Part shown: positions 52,095-62,160 of the stretch, piece by piece | How positions within the stretch are numbered: position 1 is the first letter of the stretch | Layout of the letters: each line of letters starts with the position of its first letter | Assembly: GCA_963843555.1 (NCBI GenBank) | Contig: CAWJKV010000002.1 | Span: 192,001-256,000, forward strand | Direction: 5' to 3' | Length of the DNA: 64,000 bases | Source: an uncultured Methanosarcinales archaeon | GTDB taxonomy: Archaea > Halobacteriota > Methanosarcinia > Methanotrichales > Methanotrichaceae | Position numbers and translations under genes: made by a program | The notes under the pieces: generated by a model | Database searches by the model: none | What the model saw: the letters and a program-made list of their open reading frames with translations, nothing else | What the model was told of the DNA's origin: nothing

Positions 52095-52850
52095 ATGAAA
52101 CGATTGGCAATATGCTTGCTGATGATTGCCTTTGTTGCAATCTCAGGATGTGCCCAAATGGATAAACCAGTGGAGCAGGTCAAGAATGAGAGCCTGAATA
52201 TATCCAGCGGAGATATGACCTATCCCGCCTACCTTGCCGCGCCGACTGCGACCGGCAAGTGGCCGGGAGTGGTCATGATTCACTCTTTCAACGGTCTTGA
52301 GCCCGGCTACCTGACCCTGGCGGACAATTTTGCCCGGGAGGGGTTCGTGGTCATCGCTCCCAAGTGGCAGACCTTCAACAGCTCGCCCAATGACGAAGTT
52401 GTCGGTCAGCTCATTAAAGATTCTGTAGATTATCTGAAGTCGAGAGATGATGTTGATGTCGACAATCTGGGGCTGACCGGCTTTTGTGCCGGAGGGCGGT
52501 ACACTATGCTCTTCCTGCCCCAGATGGACTTCAAATCAGGAGTTGCTTTCTATGGGTTCCCCTACTCGGGAGGCTTCGCCAATGAGTCCAAGCCGGCAGA
52601 CTATATCAACCAACTTGATTCGCCCATGCTGATAATTCATGGAACCCATGATCAATACAGCAATATCTCAGATATCTACCGTTACGCCACTGAATTGAAT
52701 GCCTCGAATAAGTACTTCGAGATGAAGGTTTATCAGGGTGAGCCGCACGGCTTCATGGTCCAGAATGGCACTCTGTCGCAGAGCTTCCCGGCAAAGGATG
52801 CCTTCTGGCAGATGACGAGCTTCTTCAATAGAACTCTAAAGCAAAGTTAA
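52095..52850 (+). CDS. Dienelactone hydrolase family lipoprotein
   Basis: Lipobox ISGC, GFCAGG, HGTHD, HGF. Confidence 0.88.
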   Translation: MKRLAICLLMIAFVAISGCAQMDKPVEQVKNESLNISSGDMTYPAYLAAPTATGKWPGVVMIHSFNGLEPGYLTLADNFAREGFVVIAPKWQTFNSSPNDEVVGQLIKDSVDYLKSRDDVDVDNLGLTGFCAGGRYTMLFLPQMDFKSGVAFYGFPYSGGFANESKPADYINQLDSPMLIIHGTHDQYSNISDIYRYATELNASNKYFEMKVYQGEPHGFMVQNGTLSQSFPAKDAFWQMTSFFNRTLKQS

Positions 52851-52887
52851 TTGTATCTTTTCTCACTTTTTTTAGTCCTATTGAAGG

Positions 52888-53823
52888 TCATGAAACCATG
52901 CTCGACAACCTTTTTTCAATATAGGCATCCATCTCCGTGCAGTAGCCATGTTGAGTGCAGCCTACTATATCGAAGCTCTTCGGCTGGTAGGCCATGGCAT
53001 AGGTTTTCTCTGCCAGCTGGCGAGGTATGACGGTATCATTCGAGGAATGAATCATGGCGAGCGGCCGGGGTGGAATTTTGAAGAGATATGTCTCAGGGTC
53101 AATGGATCTGTAGAACCGGATAATGTCCTTATCTATCATTCCCGCCGAGGCGATGGCTGCATCCGTTCCATAGCCGCTGGTGCTGATAGCCAGAACGCCC
53201 CGCGATCTCGCATCCAGGGCGCTGGCGATGATGGCAAAGCGGCCTCCGTTGCTCTCCCCTGCATAGATTATGCCATCAGGATCGATTCCTGGCTGTAGGC
53301 GCAGAATCCCGGCGGCAGCTAATGCATCATAGACCATCTTATGTTCAATCGGTTCACTGCCTTTAATGAAGAGCTGCAGATCGCTATCCGGATCAATGGC
53401 CCCGAGATTGCGCTGGTCAAGGGTCAGTGTGGCGTAACCCAGGTCTGCCAGGCGCTTTGCCAGCCCCTGCTCTCTCTCTTTGGTCACAGTGGCTCCGGGC
53501 AGCAGCACAACCCCGGGAATGCGACTCGCCCTTTCATCCGAATTCTGCCCGGGCCTGGCTTGCATAGGGATTCTCAGGAGACCTGCCATTTGCATACCCC
53601 GGCTTTGGAATTGGACTGTGGAGAGGGTGGTGTTGCCATCACTTCTTGGCTCGCTCAGATTGTATTGGGGCATGGAGACCGAATAAGATAGAATTCCCTC
53701 ATCAGAGACTGTCCAATCCCCGCCGTTAATCGCTGATGTGTCGCCGGAATTGAGCGATCCCATCAACATAGCTATGATGATGCCTGCAATCAGCAGTACT
53801 GCGCCAATTCTATAGCTCGCCAT
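52888..53823 (-). CDS. Exported alpha/beta hydrolase
   Basis: LLPGA, GESNGG, HSSNDTVI, HG. Confidence 0.8.
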   Translation of the reverse strand: MASYRIGAVLLIAGIIIAMLMGSLNSGDTSAINGGDWTVSDEGILSYSVSMPQYNLSEPRSDGNTTLSTVQFQSRGMQMAGLLRIPMQARPGQNSDERASRIPGVVLLPGATVTKEREQGLAKRLADLGYATLTLDQRNLGAIDPDSDLQLFIKGSEPIEHKMVYDALAAAGILRLQPGIDPDGIIYAGESNGGRFAIIASALDARSRGVLAISTSGYGTDAAIASAGMIDKDIIRFYRSIDPETYLFKIPPRPLAMIHSSNDTVIPRQLAEKTYAMAYQPKSFDIVGCTQHGYCTEMDAYIEKRLSSMVS

Positions 53824-53957
53824 TTTCCCCAGATTCTCTTTAAAATCTTGATTTTGGATTCATGCCGTGATATTTGTTCGTTGGGCTATTTTGGTTGTTT
53901 TCGTTCCCTGTTTTCCAATCCTTGCTTTCCTAAGCTCGCCCCCGGATACCTGGAGTT

Positions 53958-54119
53958 TCATAGGGTATCCAGTATCGAATCTATCTCATCAATTACGTGG
54001 TCCCTTGTCATCGTTGGATTTTCAACGGACTTTATGAGCAACATGAGTATAGCATCTCTCGCTATCCTTTTTCTCTTTACAATGTCGAAATCAGCTACTA
54101 TTACCCTATCGTCATCCAT
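53958..54119 (-). CDS. 53-aa hypothetical protein
   Basis: Hand translation MDDDRVIVADFDIVKRKRIARDAILMLLIKSVENPTMTRDHVIDEIDSILDTL; purine-rich upstream. Confidence 0.4.
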   Translation of the reverse strand: MDDDRVIVADFDIVKRKRIARDAILMLLIKSVENPTMTRDHVIDEIDSILDTL

Positions 54120-54293
54120 ACCTGCCCATCTCCTGTTTCGATTCTATCCTTACATTCGCGGAATTTGCCACGGACATTTCAGCTAATCCTTTTTGCGGTC
54201 CAATGTTCATATTTTAATCCTTGATTTCTTGGACATTGCTTTCCTGGACACGATCTTGGACAATTGCATTTTGCTCTTGCTGATCGCTGCGGT

Positions 54294-54357
54294 GGGGCGA
54301 CGCGCGCGGGTGTTGCGCGAGGGGGGAAGGGGCGCCCTCAACGCCGGGCAGGCTTGG
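54294..54357 (+). repeat. Structured dispersed repeat, copy 3
   Basis: GGGGCGAC..GGCGCCCTCAACGCCGGGCAGGCTTGG. Confidence 0.9.
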
Positions 54358-54443
54358 CAAACAATAGAAAAGGTTGATTTTTAAAATCTTGTTTTAAAGT
54401 TGCCTTTGGACTTGGGTATGTACTGTTAAATCCAGGAAAAATA

Positions 54444-54776
54444 TCACAGATAGTCATATAGACACGTTATTTTGTCCAGCAGCTCAATTATTCTATCCTT
54501 CTGGAGGATCTCAGCAGTCTTCCCATAAGCCTCATCATGATGCCCAACATATAAGAACACAATACAGTTACCTATTATCATATAGGCAATAACAAAAGGA
54601 TCAACATGGATACCGCGAACCCCTTTGAGTCCATAGCTTTTAGGCTCCCCTATCTCAGGATTAGTTAATATCTGATCAATTTTATCGATGAACCTGTCTT
54701 TAAGAGCCTTGTTCTTCCTGGTTAGCTTAATGAACTGTTTGTCAAACTCAGGAGCCCTGTGGTAGATATAGTCCAT
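54444..54776 (-). CDS. RelE/ParE-family toxin
   Basis: EFDKQF.KL, NPEIGEPK...LKG.R..HV.PFVI.Y, VGHHDEAY. Confidence 0.82.
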   Translation of the reverse strand: MDYIYHRAPEFDKQFIKLTRKNKALKDRFIDKIDQILTNPEIGEPKSYGLKGVRGIHVDPFVIAYMIIGNCIVFLYVGHHDEAYGKTAEILQKDRIIELLDKITCLYDYL

Positions 54777-54789
54777 AATAAAAGAGTGG

Positions 54790-54960
54790 CTACAGGTCTC
54801 TGAGAGAGTTTAGGAACTCATCTTTGTTTTTGTATGTCTTCCCCTTACCAGCTTTAAACTCCTTTATACCTCTGATAACTCCTGATGCAAACTCATTGGC
54901 TTTAAGTTCTTCCAGGTCAGATTCTTCTCTCCTTGGAGCAGGCTGAACTACCGTCTTCAT
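54790..54960 (-). CDS. 56-aa putative antitoxin
   Basis: Hand translation ...VIRGIKEFKAGKGKTYKNKDEFLNSLRDL, directly upstream of the RelE gene. Confidence 0.7.
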   Translation of the reverse strand: MKTVVQPAPRREESDLEELKANEFASGVIRGIKEFKAGKGKTYKNKDEFLNSLRDL

Positions 54961-55103
54961 CCTGTTACATATGAGTGGCGAGAATATTTAAAATCACCTA
55001 TCTGGTGGACGCCAAAATCTAAGCCACCAATTTATATCGAATGTCTCTGGCAAGTGCTTCAATTCGTGTCTATGTGCAACTTGACCTCGGACAATTGCAT
55101 TTT

Positions 55104-55834
55104 AATACATAGGGAGTGCGGAGGGTCACGAATTCCCCATCCTTTAGGGTGGGGATGAAGTGAACCCTCGCCCATTCTTTGTGCTCACCAAAATTGATTA
55201 AACATCACTTCTTTTAGGATGAGTTTATACTTGGCACCTTAGCCACAGGTGGTGCCACCCACCTAGGGCTAGGATGTGATAAGCTTGGAATTGCGCAGCT
55301 TCAGCCATGGCTATGGTCAAATCACCTACCACATCGTGTTGGTGCCCAAGTATCGATACAAAATATTCTATGATAGGCGAGTTAAAAAGGATTGCGAGTT
55401 GATCCTCAAAGATATTTGCATGGAGCAAGGATATAAAATTCATGCTATAGAAATTGTGGCGGATCATATTCACTTGTTCTTGGAATTCCACCCAAGCACT
55501 TCCCTATCAAGAGTCGTTCAATATTTGAAAGGAGGCAGCTCGAATAGGTTGTTCAAGCTTCATCCTGAATTGAAGAAACGCTATTGGGGTGGAAGCCTAT
55601 GGTCAAGTGGCAAGTTCTTTCGATCTGTAGGAAATGTGACTGCGGATACAATCAAGCACTATATTGAGGAATCTCAGGGGCAACCGAAAGCAGAGATTCA
55701 GTCATGCGGATCTGGGGGATCTGGGCAGCGAAGACTCGACGATTTCTGGATTCCATAAAACCGGGCGTGAGGGCGTGCGGCCCGAAGCATACCCCATCCT
55801 TTAGGGTGGGGTGGCCGCACGCAGTTTGATTTTT
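55104..55834 (+). mobile_element. IS200/IS605-family element (tnpA only, no tnpB)
   Basis: Identical subterminal hairpins CCCCATCCTTTAGGGTGGGG at 55135-55154 and 55792-55811; ends inferred by comparison with the uninterrupted flank at 54258. Confidence 0.88.
55276..55758 (+). CDS. tnpA: Y1 HUH transposase
   Basis: YHIVLVPKYR, DHIHLF, LKGGSS, LWS..F, IKHYIE. Confidence 0.95.
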   Translation: MISLELRSFSHGYGQITYHIVLVPKYRYKIFYDRRVKKDCELILKDICMEQGYKIHAIEIVADHIHLFLEFHPSTSLSRVVQYLKGGSSNRLFKLHPELKKRYWGGSLWSSGKFFRSVGNVTADTIKHYIEESQGQPKAEIQSCGSGGSGQRRLDDFWIP

Positions 55835-55849
55835 GCAGCTGGCTACATC

Positions 55850-55912
55850 GGGGCACTGCGCGCGGGTGTTACGCGCGGGGGGAGGGGCGCCCTCAACGCC
55901 GGGCAGGCTTGG
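55850..55912 (+). repeat. Structured dispersed repeat, copy 4
   Basis: Near-identical to copy 3. Confidence 0.9.
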
Positions 55913-56009
55913 ATACTTTGGTGGCATCCTCTAGCGCTGGGTCTCGGATGTTGTAGCGGCATAGACGAACATCCAGAAAGTCAGGAATCCAGAAAGTAAG
56001 GAGGCCATA

Positions 56010-56423
56010 TCAAATTCCAAGCAGGGGAAGAATATCTTTCGTGGTTAAGACCCTGGCGGCATTTTGTCTTTTGAAATGAGCGTCATTGCTCCAGATAGGT
56101 GCATCGAGGAGCATGGCCAATGCCAAGAATGGCGAATCGGCGATGTCAATATCCATCATTATGCCTGTGGCCCTATCCCGAAAGGGCTCAATATCCTGTA
56201 AAGGAACCAGGCTCATTCTGCCGAAGATCAATTGAATCAAGTATCCAAATTGTTCGTCAGTGAGCTTCGATTTATAGATCAATTCTGCGTTATGCTTCAG
56301 GATCTCCTCTTGAGCAAAAGCAAGAGTATACATATCGAACGGGGATAAAAGAATAATCTTCCTCGTGAGACCATCTCTTAGCAGCGCGGAGATCATTATA
56401 TTTGTATCCACTACGATCTCCAT
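56010..56423 (-). CDS. PIN-domain toxin
   Basis: IVVDTNIMISAL, D..DSPFLALA, IWSND.HF. Confidence 0.88.
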   Translation of the reverse strand: MEIVVDTNIMISALLRDGLTRKIILLSPFDMYTLAFAQEEILKHNAELIYKSKLTDEQFGYLIQLIFGRMSLVPLQDIEPFRDRATGIMMDIDIADSPFLALAMLLDAPIWSNDAHFKRQNAARVLTTKDILPLLGI

Positions 56424-56665
56424 CGCAACTTCTCCACAATTCCTCTCTTTATCTTATGATCGATCTCGTCAACGTCCTCTTCGTTCAGCTCACTCTCCTT
56501 GAGGAGATCATCGCAGATCATGGAGATGAATACGTCATTTTTTACATCTGTTGATATCTGATGTTCTATCCTTCTTTTCACCAGAACATCAAGTTCTTTG
56601 CTCGCTTTGATTTTGAGCTCCAATTCTTTTGGAATATCGACTTCGATGGACATCTTTGAACCCAT
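56411..56665 (-). CDS. Putative antitoxin of the PIN toxin
   Basis: Overlaps the toxin start; LLKESEL.EEDV.EI..KIKRG motif typical of archaeal antitoxins. Confidence 0.7.
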   Translation of the reverse strand: MGSKMSIEVDIPKELELKIKASKELDVLVKRRIEHQISTDVKNDVFISMICDDLLKESELNEEDVDEIDHKIKRGIVEKLRWRS

Positions 56666-56982
56666 AAGAGAATTGTCCGACTTGAATTTAAATCTGCCTG
56701 CTTGGCTCCTGATCTTCCCAGACATCTTCATCGCTGGCGCCGTTCGCCAATGAATCCAATAGCGTGCAAGCTAGCCCATCGGTCGCTTCCGATGCCCCGG
56801 GCAGCGCTCGTGGCCGCTGCATCTGGGCAGGGCTGTTCCGGAACTGCAAACACTATTGTTTGGTCGGCAGCCGCTTCTGAAACCTGCCACCAGATCCGGG
56901 GGGACGCTTGGAAAGATCTGATATAGCGGAAGACCGGCCAGTGATTGATCAGTCTCTCGTTGATCAGCTTCCGTGCTTTTCC

Positions 56983-57054
56983 GGGGTGCCGCGAGTCGGC
57001 CCTGCGGGCCTCCTGCGCTATTGTAAGGGCGCCCTCAACGCCGGGCAGGCTTGG
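56983..57054 (+). repeat. Structured dispersed repeat, copy 5
   Basis: GGGGTGCC...GGGCGCCCTCAACGCCGGGCAGGCTTGG. Confidence 0.9.
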
Positions 57055-57120
57055 ATACTTTTGGGCCGAAAGCGATCCAATCTAATGCTTAACTCAAGGC
57101 ATTTTTTATCTGATTAGGAT

Positions 57121-57279
57121 TCAAGGTTCAAAAAAGCAAGTTCTGGGCTTCGCCAGCTCCCTTATCCTCCAGGAATCAGCTTCAAGCTTGTCTAATAATG
57201 GGCTATCTTTGAGTGCGCCAAAATATTCAGATAGGTCCACCTTGTCTTCCTTTTTGGAACTCTCTATTTTCATATTCAT
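57121..57279 (-). CDS. Orphan VapB-like antitoxin or fragment
   Basis: GGAGGTGA RBS; DLSEYFGALKDS.LLD.LE; no toxin follows. Confidence 0.5.
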   Translation of the reverse strand: MNMKIESSKKEDKVDLSEYFGALKDSPLLDKLEADSWRIRELAKPRTCFFEP

Positions 57280-57378
57280 ATCATGGCTCACCTCCAAGGA
57301 GCAATGCAGCAATAACGCAAGACCAAGCACGTGGTCGCTGTGCCTTCCGGCTTCACTCACCGTCATATTTTCAAAGCT

Positions 57379-58165
57379 TCATATTGTTATCGTGCCCTCC
57401 ATATAGAGAGCCGCCTGGCCGGATATCTTCACGCGCTCGCCCGCATGGGTGCAGAACAGCTCGCCGCCCCGTTTCGAGACCTGGAAAGCATGCAGATCAT
57501 TCTTGCCCAGCTTTCCCGCCCAGTAGGGAGCCAGAACAGAGTGGCTGGAGCCCGTAACCGGGTCCTCCGGTATGCCCAGTCGGGGCGCGAAGAAGCGTGA
57601 TACGAAGTCGCACCGCTCCCCGCGGGCTGTAATGATGACGCCTCGACACTCTATCCTGGCCAGAGCGAGGAAATCGGGCTGCACCTCTCGCACCGCCTTC
57701 TGGCTATCCAGCACAACCAGCAGATCCTCTGCGCTGCCGAGCGTCTCTTGAGGTGTGACTCCCAAGGCCTCCATGAGCCCGGCGGGAGGGCTTATGATGT
57801 GGGCTGCAATTGCCGGAAAGTCCATTTCGAGGAGATCACCTCGCCTGGTCACCACCAGCTCTCCGCTCCGGCGTGTCTGAAATCGGATGCATTCCCCGGG
57901 CCAATTTCGGCAATTGAAGAGGACAAAAGCGCTCGCCAGTGTTGCATGGCCGCAAAGCGCAACCTCTGTGGCCGGAGTGAACCATCTGAGATCAAAGCCT
58001 TCGGCGTTGGGGACCAGGAACGCCGTATCAGAGAGGTTGTTCTCGACAGCTATGGCCTGAAGGATCGGGTCGTCGAGCCAGCGATCTAGGAGGCATACTG
58101 CAGCAGGGTTGCCGGAAAAGACTTCGGAGGTGAAGGCATCGACCTGGTATATGCGGTATTCTCAT
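57379..58165 (-). CDS. PhzF-family epimerase (1-nt shift just after the start)
   Basis: YQVDAFT...GNPAAV, NLSDTAF, RWFTP..EV.LCGHATL, EDPVTGS. Confidence 0.9.
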
Positions 58166-58309
58166 TGGATCACGCTTCTTTTACGGGCTGGATGGTGTTG
58201 CCCCAGGGTCGCTCAGGACTATCAGGTTCTCGACGGCGATTCCTATATGCTCGATCCCATACTTTTTCATGGCAATATTATCTTAGCGCACTGAGCTTGT
58301 TCTTCCTTT

Positions 58310-58750
58310 TCTCATCTATCTCGCTGGCGTATTCTTGGTTGCACAGACCACAGCGTGAATGTTCCTGGGAAGCCTTTCATAGCTACGCCATCGTGCCGCT
58401 GCCATCCTAACTGTTTGTGCTGCACGGCACCGAGCCGATCGATGTCTTCTTTGGCCCGATCGCTGAGCCAGATTTCTGCGTCTTTAAGGCGCCGACCACG
58501 CGGGCGGCGAAGTTCACGGTGCCACCAAACACATCGCTTTCCTCCACATGCATCGGCCCGATATGAATGCCGGCACGGATTTGTATCTGCGGATGGCCCG
58601 TGTTTCTCTGAAATGCCCTCGCATAGTCCAGCGCTGCGTCTGCGGACTTGAACGCTGCCATGAAGCTGTCGCCAACGGTTTTGATTTCTCGGCCATTGAA
58701 CTGGGCGATCAGCTTGCGGCTTTGGGCAAAGTGCGCTCGTCGAACTTTCC
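58310..58750 (-). pseudogene. 5'-truncated class III nucleotide cyclase fragment
   Basis: IKTVGDSFMAAF, RAGIHIG, DVFGGTVNFAARV, MKGF; no FTD..GST motif upstream. Confidence 0.75.
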
Positions 58751-58810
58751 TTAGGATGTTTTCTGAGCCAGTTATGACATTAAAATGCCGACTTGCATTT
58801 GGGCCTAGCT

Positions 58811-61800
58811 CTAAATGATCCGATTATCGCTAAGACGCTCCAAGAGTTCGGAGAGCGCTTTGCCCTCGGGTGTGGTCCATTTCTTATCCAACCAATGAGC
58901 ACGTTGAAACAGCTCCATATCGCTAAGGCGCATACAAATACCATGCGATCACCAAGACAGCGATTTTCTCTGTTTCGTCTTTTAGCTGGTCAAATGCTTC
59001 AAGTATACCATGAAGCTCTTCACGCGGAACGGAGGCACAATTCCACCCAACATCTCGAGATACTACTGGTTGGCTGGCAATGGCCCAATAAGTTATCCTC
59101 TGCACGGTCGCATTGGTACTTTGCCGCCAAAGCATATACAGTCTACTCAACACGTCAAGCTCTGGTGGTGGCAGCCAAACACGGCAAGCTCCGAGCCAGA
59201 CAAGCGCCCAGGTTGCAGCAAATTGCTCCGCTTTGTGCTCACTGTTCAGAGTTTTCACAAACGCATCACCAGCGAGGCGAAGAGATCCACTGCAGGCCCT
59301 AATGCCATCTGGATAATCATTTAGCCGATAACAAAGATACATAATACCGAGGCAGCCTTCGCACTTAGTGATCCTCTCCGGTGATTCTAGCATCTTAACA
59401 AGATGCTCGGCTGCTTTAGCCCATCCGGCATCATCTTCGGTTTCGATCAACTGCCAATAGACAACCATAGCCATAGGGTCCCCAGCATCTAACGGATCAG
59501 TAGCCCCAGGTGCAAGGAATGACTTGCGGGACTCCTCACGTAATTCTTTGCCATATCTGCCCCTAGCTAACATCGTGCCGAAATCGGCAACATCGAACGA
59601 CCCTGATCGGACAAGTTCTCGAATAGCCGCCCGAATAGTTTCTGGTCGCGCGGCCGCTTCGTCAGCCAAGCAATTGCCAAGGGCCTGAGACAGAGTATAT
59701 TTTTCATTCAAATTTTCGCGCGTGACCGATCCTGTCTTCTCCGTGAGTCGCTTAATCAGCATCTCAGTCGCTTTTCCACCCAACACCGCGGCGAGCGGTA
59801 TGACCTCGTGCCACGCCTCCTTTTCGAAATGTGGTTCAAGCACATCGGCCAACGTATCCGTGTCTTTCGCATCGCGATGCCAGCCCTTAACCATTGCTTG
59901 CGCGGTGAGGAACTCCTGGAATGTGAGGTGTCGAAACTCAAAGAACTCAACAAGTCGGCCGTCCTCCACATCGTGCCCAGCCATTTGGAGCAAGCTGCTG
60001 CGGTCTTCAACCCGATGGACGAACTGATCCACCGTGTCGCTAACGTAACCAAGTTCGGTGGGCATCGCATCACGGGCCTCCTGGAGAAGTGCAGTCAGCT
60101 TGGGGCGACTGATTTTCTGCACGCCGTCGAGCATCGTCGTGGAGGCCACGTAACAGAGTTGTGGCAGGGCTTCTTCCTTCGGAATCGGTTCGTAGCCTTC
60201 GGTGTTCCACGTCATGAGCAGTACTCTCGACCGCCTCGCCGTGGAGCCACAGCCCCGGCGCGTGGGTAGTGAGCCAACCCATCGCTTGACCAATAGTAGA
60301 GTGGTGAAGAAGCAGCGGGTTAACAGCGAGACCCTTGATACGGTCGTTCTTAAGGATCGCATCTGCGAGCTTTTCGGCTTCGATGCGAACTTTCTCCGTA
60401 TCGTCTACCACTTCCCGGTGCCAAGCTACACAAAGGCGTAGGATATCGTTTGAGTCAAATTCTGAAATAGTTGCGTGAGTGCAAATAGGCGCCAAATGCG
60501 CTGCTATATGTCTGAAAACCGGCTTCGCGAGACGTGATAACCGTGGCGATGCCCGGGTATGCTTGTAGCGCAGCGCGCAATGTGCATACGAATGCGGCAC
60601 GGTCGCCAGGGATCGGAGTATCTCATCCAAACCGTCTATAAGTAGTAAGACACGACCAGCGAGTAACTCATGATCCACATAGTTGCGGAAAACTGCAGCA
60701 TTCTGGCGGACTGGCTCACGCTGAGATATTGCTTCAAGCAATTGTGCAAAAGAGCCGCGGGCTAGGTCTCGCAATTCACGGCAGCGGAAGAAGAGTGGCA
60801 ACCAAACTTTTTGAGGGAGGCTGTCATCTATCTGCTCTCGCCTTGCCGGATCGGCATAGGCGATCGCAAGCCGCTTAACGAGCGTGGATTTGCCGCCACC
60901 TGGTGCGGCAAGCAGCGCAAGTCGTGGATGCTCTGCAAGTACTGCACCCATATCTTGACGCTGTGTCATTTTCTGTTGACCTCCTGTTTTGACCGTGACG
61001 TCTAAGTGAAGAGGCACAAAGAGATTCTCAAGTCTGAGTCGGCGTGAACCAACATCGCTATCTGCAGGGAGTCCGTCTAATTGGATGAAGCCACATTCGC
61101 TATCGAGGTATTTGCAATAAGCGGCAAGGGCTTCGGCGACACGAGCTTCTGTGTCTAGACCAGATGGCGGTTCGGGATTTAGGCAGATGAGTCTATCGAG
61201 TCCGCCTCTGCATTCTCGGTCAGCAGCAATGACTTCTTCAGCAAGCGCACGGGCGAGTGGGGTTCCGTCTGAGTGAATCAAGGCAAAGTGGGTGCGTGCT
61301 TTGCCCTGTGGTATAGTAGATGGCCCAAATCCATCCTCGTTCGTGAGCCAAGAGCTCGGCCTGAGGATCAAGATTGAGAGCCTAGAGGGATGCACTGCAT
61401 CGGCCAGCGAGTTCAGTCGCGTGGTCTTTCGGTATGAGAATACGACCATCCACCAATTCTCTGACAACCTGTGATCCATAAGGGTACTATCTTCGTCTGC
61501 CGCTGCTTCTCCTGTTCGATGGCTGTTTCTTTGAAGCCACCTAGCGAGATGAAATAGCCCGTGACAGGATGCTTGCCTTCTTGTTCCGCATCAAGAGCGC
61601 CTACGAACTTATTCAAGTCATCACCGCCGATTGGCTCTGAAGTGGCCTTGCACTCTCCAATGGCGCGGCGAGGTTCGAGGCGGTGGTCCGCTGAGAGGTC
61701 GAGTTCGCGCCCGGACTTGTGAATGTTAAGGCGGGGCAGATCGTAACCGAGTGCAACAAAGAGGTCAGCCATCAGTCGCCCGAAGAGATCACCGCGACGA

Positions 61801-61844
61801 TTGGAGTCCTTTTCAAGAATACGGATCGAGATTGAATCTTGCAT
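58811..61844 (-). CDS. Mrr-like restriction endonuclease-NACHT (STAND) protein, multiply frameshifted
   Basis: RELDL...IGECKA PD-(D/E)xK; LLAAPGGGKSTL Walker A; LLLIDGLDE Walker B; NPLLL; FRHLTFQEFLTA; helical C-terminus. Confidence 0.85.
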
Positions 61845-62160
61845 AGGGTCGCTACCTTAATGTATATAATTACTATTGCTCGTTAGAGCTCACTAACAGT
61901 TCTCTTGTGCTTCGGGCTATTGACATTAAATCGTCCAGCTAACGCCTCACCATTCGACTTCTGCCATCTCGATTTGGGCTGTCGAGTAGTCTAACACCTT
62001 GCGAGCATTATAGAGATAATCGCCGTTCCTTGCTGGATACTGTTCAGGACACGTAATAGGATCAAACTACAGTCTTGCCAAGCAAAGCCTTCCCCCTACC
62101 GCATTCCTCGTGATTTCCAACCTGTGCACGGCCGCTCCCGTCGGCATCCCTCATGCCGGA

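Noticed and set aside
55232..55257. Hairpin in the tnpA leader as a TnpB guide (omega) RNA
   Set aside because: No tnpB in the element; more simply a leader hairpin of the IS200 transcript.
54294..57054. Repeat family as a CRISPR array or canonical integron attC
   Set aside because: Spacing is over 1 kb and contains genes, so it is not CRISPR. The AAC box lies after the hairpin with no matching GTTRRRY, so it is not a canonical attC.
56983..57054. Repeat as an HDV-like or hammerhead ribozyme
   Set aside because: No nested double pseudoknot and no CUGANGA/GAAA core could be found by eye.
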